Assembly: GCA_010405405.1 (NCBI GenBank)
Contig: MU004242.1
Coordinates: forward strand, 221,751 to 285,750
Source: Microthyrium microscopicum
Taxonomy: Eukaryota
Direction: 5' to 3'
Length of the DNA: 64,000 nt
A program made the translations under genes and the position numbers. Below, piece by piece: positions 37,754-51,300 of the stretch. Position 1 is the first letter of the stretch. Every line of letters begins with the position of its first letter. The notes under the pieces are model-generated. The model made no database searches and was not told the DNA's origin. It was given only the letters and a program-made list of their open reading frames with translations.

Positions 37754-39077
37754 ATGTTCATTGGAATCTGTGGAGGTATTTACGCGTATAATACACTGCC
37801 GCGTGTCCAAAAATTGACATTTCCAAGGAATTTGCGCTGGTAAATCGACCATTGCACAATACCTGATCAACAACCATGGGTTCCAGCAGTTACATCTCAG
37901 GCGCACATCGCCAACACCAGCGGTTGAAAAGACTGCAGGCGAAGTGACTCTGCCAACGTTTCAGCAGAACCAGAAGGACAAGTCATCCACTCCCGCGATC
38001 GAGTTTGACGATGCAGACACTCTTCTCGCCTTCGTTACACCACGATGGCGTGAGAACTGGGTGACCACCGACATTCATGACGAGACCGTTGTCGACGTTT
38101 TTGAACGACGGCCGTTCTTTCTGCTCATCAGCGTCGACGCGCCCATCACCGTTCGCTGGCAGAGATTCAGACAGCGCTGTCTAGCATACGATATGGCGCC
38201 TCCTGATCTGGGCACGTTTGTGGTCAACAACGACGCGCATGTCTACTCACACGCCGGAGGACTGGCGCTGCTGCGGTATAGAGGGCATTTGCATTTGCTG
38301 AACAACACAAATAGCTTGACGTCTTTCTATGAAGCGTTGAAATCGCTGGATTTGACAAACGAGTCGCGGGTGAGGCCGACATGGGATCAGTATTTCATGG
38401 CTTTGTCAGATCTTGCTGCGAAAAGAAGTAATTGTATGAAGCGTCAGGTTGGTTGTGTGCTCGTGAGGGAGAAGAGGGTCATAAGTACGGGGTATAACGG
38501 CACGCCTCGGGGTATGACAAATTGTGGCAGTGGAGGATGTGAGTTTGATATGTTTGCGGTCCGAGAATTACTGATCTAATTTGGTGTGATCAAGGCCCTA
38601 GATGTAATTCAGGAGAGCATGCGGGCGTCGGCCTGGACACATGTCGTTGTCTCCACGCAGAGGAGAATGCACTTCTTGAGGCTGGTCGGGAACGAATTGG
38701 GGTGGCATCGACGCTGTATTGCAACACGTAAGTTTTGCTGTGAAATTCTTCGGTTGAATGATGCTCACTGACAACGTTAGTTGTCCCTGTTTGACGTGCA
38801 GTGTCAAGATATGTCAGGTAGGAATTAGCGAAGTCGTGTACAGCATGGCTTACAGCGTGGACACCAAGGTATGTGATGATCTTGAAAGTATTTCATCCAG
38901 GTACTGACTTGCTAGGTCGAATCTATATTTGCAGAGGCAGGCGTTCATCTGAGGCAGTTTTCTCCTGTAAGTGATCTCGTTCAATGCTTTTTTCAATTCC
39001 TCGCTAATTTGATGTAGCCTCGTGCCGGCCTAATAGACCTGAGCGCTGAATTTGATACGTTAGCAATCAACAATTAG
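37754..39077 (+). CDS. DCD1: dCMP deaminase
   Basis: MFIGICGGICAGKS, RPTWDQYFM, RSNCMKR, STGYNGTPRG, CLHAEENALLEAG and CPCLTC; five introns. Confidence 0.95.
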
Positions 39078-39976
39078 CTGGTCAAGCGCCAAACATCTTA
39101 CTGTTGCGCCCAAAGTGATCTGGTCACAGTCACGCATGACCAATGTTTTTCCTAAGGTTGTTTCAATTAGCTGAGCTTGCTTCGTGCTTGCTCCAACTTG
39201 TGAGCAGCATTTGCGTCTAATTCGTGATTGGCATAGCGTCTTCTGCTCCGAATCGTGCTTGCCGTAGCTACCTTTCCAACCCTATATATACCGGGACGGC
39301 GTCCTCGGATGGGTATAGCGTCTTCCATCGCCGGCTTCAAATCGTTCATCATCTCCACATCGTGCATAATGATGGCTCAATCGAGTGAACGGTGCTATAG
39401 GATCCACTCAGCGAGAGCGACACTCTTTCCATCTGTTTCGGACTTATCGCGCCTTTCTCACCTTATTCACATTGTCTTTCCAATCAATGGAACTCTGAGG
39501 TTGGATCAAGTATAGCGTCTTCTTGTTCTTGCTCATTTAGAACGCCACATTACCATCCCGTTCACCTTAAGCAAGTTGTAAGGAAGGAGAAGATCTATAT
39601 CGTCCTTTCCTTCGGTATATTATTTATTCCGGCCACGCAAACTTTACGGCTTTAAAAAGATCCGCTACAAATCTTTCTTCGAGTTCTCTCCATCTCTGTC
39701 ACTTTGGTTATCAAGACTTTCGCTGCACATTTCGATAACGCATTGCCTCTTGCTTTCCTTGACTTACATTCGCTCGTCAAATTGTCCTTCTAAACTCCTT
39801 CTTCTCTATAGCAGAACCATAGCTGGACCTTTTTCTCTGTACGGTAGCAGTGAATTCGCTCGCTGCCCTTATATAGAACTTTCAAGACCTTATCACCCAC
39901 CTTGTAAGTACAACTATTTCTGATCACTGCGCCATAGCTAACTCAAATCGCAGCACCACGATATACTCCTTCCAGT

Positions 39977-41002
39977 ATGGCAAGCAACAACTCTCTCGCC
40001 GCTTTACCCGCCACCATGGCGCGGCTTCCTCCCGAGATAATGGTTGTGATTCTGCTCCTTCTGATTCCGAGCCAGTTCCGGCCTCAGCCTCCCCATGGTT
40101 CTATTCCAGGTTTTGGTTTCGGTTTCACCGATAAATCAACCTTCTACCTGGAATACTTTGGCGCTATATATCGAGCAATGCCTTCCGCACAGGATACCGT
40201 GCGCATATACTACCGGCGGTTTGCCGATCGGTTAGGCGCGTTCCAAGATTCCTGGCCCAGTATCCAAGCGCGAATCGACGGGTCGCCATTCCTGTCGCAG
40301 GCAATCCACGACCTGGTCGTGGTATCAATCCCTATGCGGGCCTATCCAGTGGAACAGTTGACGGCCGACTGGAAGCTCTGGCCCCAGCTTGTGGATTACT
40401 TGGACGCCCTGGACTGTACCTACTGGGTTGCCGACAAGATTGCTGCTTCCCTGGCCACCGATGATGCTCTGTCGCGCATCATTACGCAGTCCAGCATGAT
40501 GCCACCAGAGATGACAGAGCTAGGCCTTGATACTCTGCTTTGGTACGTCCGTACCGTCCCTCTACGACCTGCGCCGACCGATCAAAGCAATGCCAACCTC
40601 ATGCGAAGGCGCCTACGTCACGCAGTGGGATACATTTGGCGGTGGTACAACTCGCGGCTGCAGGTGCAATGGGGCCATTGGACTGCGAACCAGCGCCTTG
40701 AGTTCTGCTTCTCTGGGCCAGGGAGAGGCTTATTGGATCGTGACTCACTGGACTTCTTCACGATCAACAATATGTTGATCGTGATGACGTGGCTGGCTGC
40801 TTTGGAAGACACGGTTGCTGCGAATAGGAACCACCCTCTTGCAGACATTCTGGAGACGGAGTGGTGTCATGAGGAAGGCACGATTCCACGCCTTGGTAAG
40901 CAGAGGCTTCTCGCCAACTTGCGGAACGACGTGCGAGCCTGGTATAGCCAGAGTATATACTCAACAGCTCGACCATATGTTCCTGGACACACCTGGCCAT
41001 AA
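39977..41002 (+). CDS. Hypothetical protein, 341 aa, with F-box-like N-terminal motif
   Basis: Long intronless ORF; MARLPPEIMVVILLLL; canonical 5'-UTR intron 39904..39953. Confidence 0.6.
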   Translation: MASNNSLAALPATMARLPPEIMVVILLLLIPSQFRPQPPHGSIPGFGFGFTDKSTFYLEYFGAIYRAMPSAQDTVRIYYRRFADRLGAFQDSWPSIQARIDGSPFLSQAIHDLVVVSIPMRAYPVEQLTADWKLWPQLVDYLDALDCTYWVADKIAASLATDDALSRIITQSSMMPPEMTELGLDTLLWYVRTVPLRPAPTDQSNANLMRRRLRHAVGYIWRWYNSRLQVQWGHWTANQRLEFCFSGPGRGLLDRDSLDFFTINNMLIVMTWLAALEDTVAANRNHPLADILETEWCHEEGTIPRLGKQRLLANLRNDVRAWYSQSIYSTARPYVPGHTWP

Positions 41003-43469
41003 AGGCAACGACTGATCCAAGTCCAATGCAATGTCTTGGTTCGCGTTATCTCGCAAAGCAGCATGATCACTTCCGAAATTCGGCAGTTCACTCCTGGTCG
41101 AAGCTCCTTCCCATCCGAAACAGGTCTCCCGTTCGACGAGGATACATATGTGAATCACAGTCTGAGATCCCACTGTTCCGGTGAGATTCCCTTGTGCAGC
41201 ACCTCATTTCCCGATGACATTCAAACAAACTATAATCACCGAGTTCTCAGACCGGCAACACCCCTCAAGTACACAGAGGTAATTCACCCCCTACACTTCA
41301 ACGCTTCAACTAAACTTGCTAACATGTACTCATTCTAGATTCTCCAGTGGATGTCCACAGTCATGGGGAACAGTTAGTCCCGCATTGGGCAGACAGGAAA
41401 TAGAGCAGAATAGAATTATCAATCCGAGCAAGTTATACCATCCCATATATTTGAGCATGTACCGTAATTTTATTGTGATCTCATTGCGTCAAGTACATCT
41501 GGCCGCCAATATTCAAAGGGGTATTCCACGTCTCCTCTTCTGCCTTTTCCGTCTTGTGTGATCTGAGTGACTTGCGTAGTGTGGTACTCAATTTTCGATT
41601 CCTTCTGATTCGAAGATATGTTGCATCGTGACCACGCAACAAGGCGCATCAGGCACGATGGAATTACGACAAATCATGCACGGGGGAGGTCTAAGCCGCA
41701 GTGCAAGAGCCAAATCCGGTCATTACGGAACGTCGCGGTATTGTTAACAGTGCGGCAGTCAACGACTATGAGGGCGTTCGTCTGCGAGTTCGCTGGCTAC
41801 CTAAACACCTTTCCCTCGTCGTTTCCTTCTGAGGAGATCGTTTACTGCAACGATCTCATCACTACTATTCGAATTTCGATAGATAGATTGTTCCATTTGA
41901 CATCGGATTCACAGTCACTTACCTGCTTTCCCCTGCAGCTTCATACTGCTATATGGATGGGCGAAGTCTCGGGGATGATTGCTTATCTAAGTTTTCGGAC
42001 TGCCCGCGTTCAGATACCAGATTAGAGGTTGGCGCTGCAGAGGGCGGTAGGTGGAATGAATACAAGCTTATGACCCGCGATGGGAAGTGAAGCGCTTCAT
42101 GCCAGAGTCGAATCCTCTTCGCGGGATGAGATGATGTACTGCGTGCATGTGATCTGCCTGACTTAGATATGTAAGCAGGAATTGCTGTTTTGTGTACTGC
42201 TGAAGAGTTTTGTAACGTTAATGGTGGTGCCTCCGGAAGCCTGGCGAGGAAACATAGAACAGCGAAGGATCAGACCGTTTACGTGACAAAGGATAATGCT
42301 TCTGGTACTACGAATGATTGCTTCGTGCTCTTGGCCAAGGTGAGACTTATCGCAGTATTCTTTTGGCACGAAGATACTGTGATTCAGGCGCTCAGCATTC
42401 AGTGACTAGACAGGACGAGCAATGACATTGGCCCCCTGCTATTGCTTGCCTTCCCATCTATCCTCAGCACGTGCTCTACTTACCGTATGTGAGCGAGACC
42501 AGTGATTCTTTGACAATATCGGATGCCTTGAATTTCACATATATTGCTTCCAAATTGTTATGAAAGGCCACTTAGGTTGATGTGTTGCTCAGGGGCTAAA
42601 GCTGGAGGGAAAGTGCTCGATGCCGCAGCTTGTTGATATTGAATGAAAAGATGGCTCAGAAGAGATCAGTGAGAGCGGAATTGTTGAAAATTGAAAGAAT
42701 AGCATTCCGGAAGGTTCTGAAAGAGTGAGGCGATATTGCCAGTGGCAATTTGTGTTTCGGGGGTGATATAAAAGAACTCAAGACCCGGAGGTTTATTATG
42801 TTCTGGTGATTTTTGAACACTATGCGGTAACCAGTCAGCACATTGACCCAGATAACATACCAAACGAGACTACAGAATATTCCAAGAGGTAAGCTGCTCC
42901 AAGATAATCGAAGATTGGGCAAAATGAATGGCAACCCCCATCGACAACATTCACTACCATCGCCTTGTTGCGCAAGACTGCTTCGATTCCTATGATCTTG
43001 AGTGCCTCCCGGATACAATTCCGCGCATGAGCGTGGAGAATCAAGCAGTCAATGCGACGTAAAGTGTAGAGAAGGCGATGGGAGTTGCGATTGTTTGTCC
43101 AGAGCTCAAGATTGATAAGCAAGCTGACAAATTCTAGACTAGCTCTAACGAGTTAGCTGTACTGAACACGCGAAGTCTTTCTGCTTTGGGTATTAGCGTC
43201 GGGAAATCATCGGACTAACTCAAGGACTAAGTGACTATTTGAGCTTAGGGCAGATTGCGGTCACTGTGGTAGGCTTAAGGCAAGAGCAAGTCTAAGCCTT
43301 CGCCTCAGCGCCATCACTCACCTGCCTTTCTCTTCCCCGCCAACACTCAACCTCTTCCTTTCTACATCTTCCAAAAACCTACAACACAATCCCTCTCTAA
43401 CTTCGCCATAAACACTACTCGCTCAACCACCAAACAACCCTCTCTTCATCCACAAATACACCATAAGCG

Positions 43470-44362
<893 letters not shown>

Positions 44363-45132
44363 GAACAACGTCAACCCTGTAAGATGGTCAGATTGCGTCG
44401 TTTGCACCCATCAGATGGCTATGAGGGACCATACGGCTTGGGACCTAATTTTACAATGATTGACGGTTATGCTCCTTATGTTCCTTCACTGGGACCCTGT
44501 TTAGCGGATCTCCGGAAACGGAAGGAGAAAGAGCATGATAGTGAGCAAGATGCAGAGGGGGAAACTGATGATGATGATGCAATGGATGTTGACGGCGTTG
44601 AAGACTGCCCCGAAGTGTTGATGGGCAATGGTGGGTTTGTTCTTTGATGGTCTCTACGGGCAGCACATTGAAGAGATGGATAACTCTGGCATTCTTTGTC
44701 ATTTTGCTGATGTAGCATGTAGTAACAACCCAGGAATCAAGTTTTATCATGAAGATGTAATTTCCTTGGGTTTCTTTTTTTACCCTTTCCCTTTGCTTTT
44801 GTGGGAGTCTTGTTATAACTCCCTCTTATGTTTCTCGATTACACTCTGCGTTGCTTCTTTTGATTTTCACACCTTAGATCTAGCACATATTATGGCGTCG
44901 CTTGACAGTTCAACTATGTTAGATGCATGATATGGCCAATGGAGTTTCGTTGGTTTTCCTCTACCGCTTTCGGGCAAAATTTGAAAATTCGTGATATTAT
45001 ACGTGAGATGTGATTATTCTACAAATTCGCTGGCCTTAACAGGTACACCATGCTATGTTCAAATATACACTGCTCTAAATAGTACATATCGTACATCCCG
45101 TCCTCACCTCCGCACTCTCCCCATCCCCTTAG

Positions 45133-48105
45133 TTATACAGATATACCTAGCGCCGAACACATCTCCGGACTTATCCCTCTCAACCTTATCACCCGCTCCC
45201 GTACCTCTTCTAGACTCATCTGCGCCTTTTCGCTGGTCTGCATGACGACTTCAGGCTCAGTGATGACTTCTCCTAGCTCGTTGGTTACTAGCACTGGCTC
45301 TTTGAGATTTGATAAGTTTAGCGAGGCGTCTTCGGCGGTGGCGAGGAGTTCGGTGATGTTTAGCCAGTGCTTGAAGCGTGTGTGAAGGGCTGGTTGGGTG
45401 GGCAGGAGGGGGTAGGGGGTGTGGATGTAGGATTGTGGTGGGTTGATTGGTGGGTCTGGTGGTGAGTGGGGAGAAGGGTCTGGTGGTTGGGTTGATGATG
45501 GGGGTGAGGAGGAAGGTGTTGCGTCCTCGGTATCAATGATCGCGCTGGCTGTGTCGTGGAGCACTGACTCTGTGGTCATGGTATTCTCGCTCATGGAGGA
45601 GGTTTGGCTTGCTGTGTCTTCGCTCATTGCATTGGCTGTCGTGGAGGCTCGCTCGGCTGGATCAATGTTGAGTTCCAGGAAGACGGTATATAGATGGTGG
45701 AGAGGCATCAGTGGTGCGTGTCGATCAATTGCTAGGTCGGCGAGGCTGGTTGTTGGTCCGAGATAGCTTGCATGTGCGGTGGTAGATGGATCTTCTTTGA
45801 TGTCTTTCAAGAGGTTTATAGCGGATGTGAACATGGCATCTAATCGTGCCGTTGCTGCTGCTTCGTCAAACGTTGGCGATAGTTTCTCAGATGCAGTGAT
45901 CTTGCTATTGCCCTCAGCAAGCCAGCTCGTATGACGAAGCTCGCTGGGGTCGAGTGTATAATTGAGGCGCTCCGCTTCCGCTTCGAGGAATGCAATCCGC
46001 TCGGCGTCCGGGCGTGCGTTGACTGCGGCTATCAAGGCTTTCCAGTCTAATTCTGCGAGGCTGTTGTTCGCCTGAGTGACAACTTCTGTCCAAGCAGCTT
46101 GCATTACTGCAATGTCATCGACCAAGCCGGTCGCGGCGAGCAGAATCCGGAGCGTGGTGTTGTCTGGCGTGACGCCACGCTCAATGAGGCGGACGAGAGT
46201 GCGTGTGATGAGCTCAGGGTGTTTGGCGGCGCGAGCGAGTGCCATTAGTGTATTGTGGCATGGGAGGATGGCTTGAACTTTGAGGAATGGCAGGACGTTG
46301 ACTAATAAGCTCTCAGCATGCTCAGCGAGGTCTTGCAGGAAGGCAGTTGTCGCGTTGCCCGTCTGTGCGGTGCGGATGAGGGTGGAGATATGGGTGAGGA
46401 GGGCATTGACGTGATAGCTGTCGAAGCTGGTTGTCGAGTCATACTGAGCTAGGACAAGTTTTAGGGACGCTTCCAGAGCGTTCAGCCGGCGATTGAGGTA
46501 GAGATCGGTGGTGGGTGCATCAGCGTCGCGTTCGGAGAGACGTTTGACGATTGGTGAGATTGCTTTTGGGTGAAGGGGGATATGTTCTCGAGAGGCGAGT
46601 CGTGCAACAGCGTATTGATCGGAGAGCGAGTCATACTGGTTAACAAGAGCAGTGAAGGTAAATTGATTGATCGTCTCTCCTAAACGGAAGACGGTATCTA
46701 TTAGGAGGTATGAGCCAGTCAGATCACCGTAGTCTAGGCGAGCCTTCGCGACCTTGGATAGCAATTTCTTAGTACCTTCAGGAAGGCCGAGGGTTTCGCG
46801 GGTGGCACCAATGGGAGTAATCGCGTTTGGTCCCAAGTGATATGGCAGGAAGCTATTTTGACCATGCGTGATAGCTCGCTGAAAGACGTCTTCGATGACG
46901 CTTATCGGTTGCTTTGCGTGGGCGAGCAATTCGATCATAGATGCATAGGTTGACATATAAATTGGGCCATCTTGAGTTTGAAGCCAGTCCCAGAGCTTAT
47001 TCGCCTCATCTAGCTCATCCAGGTCTCGGTAGACATTGAACATACGGGCAAAAACCACATTTTCACTTGTAATGTCATCTTTCTCGATGCAGTGATCTCG
47101 AACTTGATTCACCGCCACCAGCAGCTTTTCCATCTCCGGCACTTGATGCTCACGGGGATTTATTCGACGCATATTCTTTATCGCATCTAACATGGCTTGC
47201 AAGTATATGGCAATATACTCGGTGTTCAGAAGCGACGCAATTTCCGGAAATAGTGCCATTGCTTGCAAGGGCTGCTTTTCGTGAAGCGCAGTCAAGAACA
47301 GCGAATGTTGGCGGTCTGCCTCCAGTTCTTCTGGGGTGGACATTTCGCTCCGTTTTGCCTTTGCAGTCCTAGCTCTTTTCTTAGACGGATTTTCGCGGTG
47401 AATTCTTAGACTTTTGGTGCGTGTGCTTGTATTGTGTAGGCGCTGGAAAGCGAAACTTGGTTTTTGAGGTTCAAGGATATGTCTCACATCTCCTGCGAGA
47501 GTTGATGCTTCCTCCGGATTTGACCTTATTCTTTTAGAGAGCTGCGGACGCGTGGGCCTTGCTTCATGTTCTTCTGGAGTGTGTCTTTCGTTCGATCTCA
47601 CTTTCTCAGTCCTAGCTCGTTTCTTGAACGGATGTAAAGTTTTCTCGCCAAGATGTAAATTTCCCAATTTCATCATGTTAAATGGCAGATTATATCGGCT
47701 CTTTCCCTTCTCACGCTGCTTTCCAACTCCTGCAGACACATCACCCAGGCCTGGAGGTATTTCGTAACCTGGTCCTGCTGCCTTCTTATCCATTGTGCCG
47801 GTCTTTGGCCTCCCATTTTTGAGTCTGAGTTGCGCGCTTGGTTTTATCTGAAGAGAAGATTGATCACGACCAGGATTATCGTCGCGATCCCATAACCGTC
47901 TACCCGACTTGCGTAACCCTTTTTCTCCGTAGTGAACTACATCGCCGCTGTGTGTATCTTTGCAAGTTTGACTGGTGTGGAACAGCTGCGTCCTTATTTT
48001 ATGGCGAAGGGATGGCGTGGCATAGCTTGGATGGGCTCTAAGGAGGAGTAGTCGCGCTGTGGGTTGGGCGCGAGCAAGGAGAAGAGAGACGTGGCGGTAC
48101 GCCAT
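45133..48105 (-). CDS. Probable mitochondrial PPR/helical-repeat protein (~990 aa)
   Basis: Arg/Leu-rich presequence MAYRHVSLLLAR; PPR-like helices (TYASMIELLAH, CHNTLMALAR, GVTPDNTTLRILLAA). Confidence 0.65.
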   Translation of the reverse strand: MAYRHVSLLLARAQPTARLLLLRAHPSYATPSLRHKIRTQLFHTSQTCKDTHSGDVVHYGEKGLRKSGRRLWDRDDNPGRDQSSLQIKPSAQLRLKNGRPKTGTMDKKAAGPGYEIPPGLGDVSAGVGKQREKGKSRYNLPFNMMKLGNLHLGEKTLHPFKKRARTEKVRSNERHTPEEHEARPTRPQLSKRIRSNPEEASTLAGDVRHILEPQKPSFAFQRLHNTSTRTKSLRIHRENPSKKRARTAKAKRSEMSTPEELEADRQHSLFLTALHEKQPLQAMALFPEIASLLNTEYIAIYLQAMLDAIKNMRRINPREHQVPEMEKLLVAVNQVRDHCIEKDDITSENVVFARMFNVYRDLDELDEANKLWDWLQTQDGPIYMSTYASMIELLAHAKQPISVIEDVFQRAITHGQNSFLPYHLGPNAITPIGATRETLGLPEGTKKLLSKVAKARLDYGDLTGSYLLIDTVFRLGETINQFTFTALVNQYDSLSDQYAVARLASREHIPLHPKAISPIVKRLSERDADAPTTDLYLNRRLNALEASLKLVLAQYDSTTSFDSYHVNALLTHISTLIRTAQTGNATTAFLQDLAEHAESLLVNVLPFLKVQAILPCHNTLMALARAAKHPELITRTLVRLIERGVTPDNTTLRILLAATGLVDDIAVMQAAWTEVVTQANNSLAELDWKALIAAVNARPDAERIAFLEAEAERLNYTLDPSELRHTSWLAEGNSKITASEKLSPTFDEAAATARLDAMFTSAINLLKDIKEDPSTTAHASYLGPTTSLADLAIDRHAPLMPLHHLYTVFLELNIDPAERASTTANAMSEDTASQTSSMSENTMTTESVLHDTASAIIDTEDATPSSSPPSSTQPPDPSPHSPPDPPINPPQSYIHTPYPLLPTQPALHTRFKHWLNITELLATAEDASLNLSNLKEPVLVTNELGEVITEPEVVMQTSEKAQMSLEEVRERVIRLRGISPEMCSALGISV

Positions 48106-48391
48106 TATTATACACGGGGAGGACGTGTCATGATATGCAATGCGATTGTCGAAGTTGTAACATATTAGCAGTATCGTATGTAGAAAGTTCAAGAGTTGAA
48201 GAGTTGAATTGAAGATGGGTTCTTGTTGCAGAAAAGATCTATGGACCGGCCTACTTGGGCGCTGATTGGTTGCTTCCATCCCACACATTTCCTCCGCCAC
48301 TGAAGCTTCAACTTATTGTTGCTGCATCTTCACCAACAATGAACACATAATAGCTACCTTCTCCGCCAATTTCAAGTGTTAGCAGTGTATC

Positions 48392-51300
48392 ATGGCTGAG
48401 AGTGGAGGTTCTGTTCAGGCCGCGCCGGTCACTCGCGAGAGTCTGAGTCGTGAGCTCTTCTCCAGCTCTACCAAATTACGAATTCCTGTCTTGAATGCCC
48501 ATGCCCAACGCATCCGGAACGATGGTAGGTTTTACTACTCCTTTAGTCATAACATATCTCATCTTATCAACTTTCTAATCTATGTATAGATCTTCCTGTT
48601 CCTGCGTTAACAGCTCTCAGCCGTCTTCTTTTCGAAACTCACTCTTTCTATGTCGACCGTCCTTCTCGCCGCGCCGCTGAATCATGCCTTCGTAGCTTGA
48701 TCGCAAACCCCAAAGCTGCCGAATTTCTTGGATCTTTCTTGGACCTGGTCAATTTTGAGGCGAAGAAAGCCAGTCTCGCCCCAGCAGACTACTTTGTTTT
48801 GACGGAATGGATCAGTATCATTCTCACGGAACTAGCCGTCCACCCTAAACTCTGGTCAAAATGGTGGCCGCAAACTCTGGAGGCTCTCGCTATAGTGTTC
48901 GAAAGCACGATCGCAGTATCAAGAAAACCAGTTCGACTGCAAGCGACCCGCATAGCCAGAAGAGCTATACGTCAAGTTTTTCAAAACCAGGATGTGTCCA
49001 AGGACGCTCTACCTGACTTTCTAAAATCTCTAACGAAAAAGTCCTCTTCATCTATCGCGAGAAACACGCCGCTGTTAGGTGTTATTGCTGGTGTCACTGC
49101 GCGTTTACCTGAGCAGAAGCCAACCTTCGAAGCCAACAAATCCGAGATCTTCACCTTCTTTACTAGAGAAATCATTGGATCGCGAACAGTTCTACCACAA
49201 CATATCGCGGAAGGACTTCAAGACTTTTGGGAAAATTATGTCAGTCTCGAAGATCTACAGAAAGAAGTGGTACCGCCGATAGAGAAAGCTCTGCTTCGTG
49301 CCCCTGAAGTAGTACTCAACGACTTGGTCACGCCAATGGTTTTGGCTCTTCCTCCTGGAATTGACCTTTCAGATATCCTGCTCAAAAACTTGCTAAAGCC
49401 AATCCTCTCCAATATCAAATCGAGTAATGCATCCATACGGAGTGGTGCAGTCAACACATTCCATGCGCTAGCATCACGAGCCACGGACGAGAGTGCAATC
49501 GACAAGATTGCTGATGAACTCTTGAACCCGCTGAAGACCAACAAAGTTCCTGGCGCAGAGCAAAAAGTGCTCTATTCTCGCATGCTATCTTCTTTACCGG
49601 GATCATCGTCACTAAGCAAGAAGATTCCTGCTGGACTGGCCGCAGTCGCGCTGAAAGAGCCAAACGAGAATGCTGTTGAAGCGGAAGTAGATGCCATTGC
49701 AAAGCAAATCAGGTACGCTTTTGAAAATGGAGCAAGTGTAGAGTCCACGGCCTCAGACGCTTTTGTCAAAGGTCTTTCAGACAAAAAGCCTAGTGTACGA
49801 CGGATATGGGCTCTAAAATTCGGTGACATTATCTGGAACTTGTCTCCTGATCAACTCAAGCAACCTCAAGTCGCTACCTTTGCAAGTCCAGTTGCCGCAA
49901 AAAGCTCAGATAGCCTGAAAGAAGTGATATCGAATCAGATACAGGCAGCGCAGAATGGTCTTGCTACCGTAGCTTATGTTTTCACAGCACTAGCTTGCTC
50001 GCGACTCGATGGTGTTAAAGACTCTGCTGGCAAAGCTGTGATTCCCACAAATACCGTATCGAAACAGGCTCTCTTATGGGATGGCAAACCATCTTTCTTG
50101 GTGAATCCGAAAGTGTTCACGAAAGCCACGAATATAGAAGATTTAATATGGGCCACCCGAGCAATGAACGCTACCACTTCAGGAGTTTTGGAATCAGGTT
50201 GTGCACCAGAGTCCAAGCAGGCGTGGTCTCAAGCCACCATTTATTTCCTGACTGGCGAATCGATCCCAAATGATGTCCGGATTGAAGCGGCATCACTAGT
50301 CACTGCATCTTATACTAACAGTCCGGAGCAATTTGGTGACATTTTGATCCAGGGCGTATGGGATTGGCTCCACAGTCTACACACCAACGAGAAAGATTCA
50401 GTAGCGATACTGGCCAGAGTCGATGCGTCGAGGCTTTCAAATGTTCTTCGATTGATCTGCCCGCCAGCATCATCCGACTCGGAAACAAAGGTAGAGAAGG
50501 CTGTGTTGGAGAATCAGATGATAAATCTGCTTGTTCTGGCACGAAGCGACCTGGTACCGCGAGTGACATGGATTGACTTGTGTCTTCGTGTTGGCTTGGA
50601 TCCCGGAACACTTGTGAAAGAAAACGGCTCGAAATGTTTGGCTCAAATAACCGATGTTCCTGAAAAATGGACAGGTGAATTTGCCGTCGTTGTACGAAAG
50701 GCAGCCTATCATGCCTCCTCAGATCTTGCTTTTGTTGCTCCTGAATCGGCCATCTCTCTTTTGTTAGATCAAATCAGATCAGACCTCAATCCGACGCAAC
50801 TGGAAGGCATTGGATCTACAGAGGCGTCAATATTCCGAACCCCTGAAGGCACAGCATACATTGATGTGTTAGCCACCAAAAGCTCATCTACAATAATTGA
50901 CAAGAAAGTCAAAGACTACGATATCCTCAAATGGGAGGAAGATTTCCGGGCGCAGCAAGCTTCGAAGAACAAACAAACTAAGAAGTTGACTCCTGACGAA
51001 CAGGCCAAAGTCAAAGCCCAATTGGCAAAAGAATCTGCTATTCGGGAGCGCGTTAGTGCTGTCCATACCAAGTTACAACGAGGCGTTGGCATCATACAAG
51101 CTCTGGCTACAGGCCCACCCACTGATTCTGAACGCTGGATTGTACAAGCCATTGATATGCTGCAGGAGATCGTCAATTCCGGAGCTGGACTGGTTGTTGG
51201 CGATACTGCATCCTTGGTCTATCTTGACTGCGCGCATCTCATCTCAAGTAGAGTGGGTCCGATGAATAAGTTTGTTGGTGTTGCTACTCTACGTGCCATG

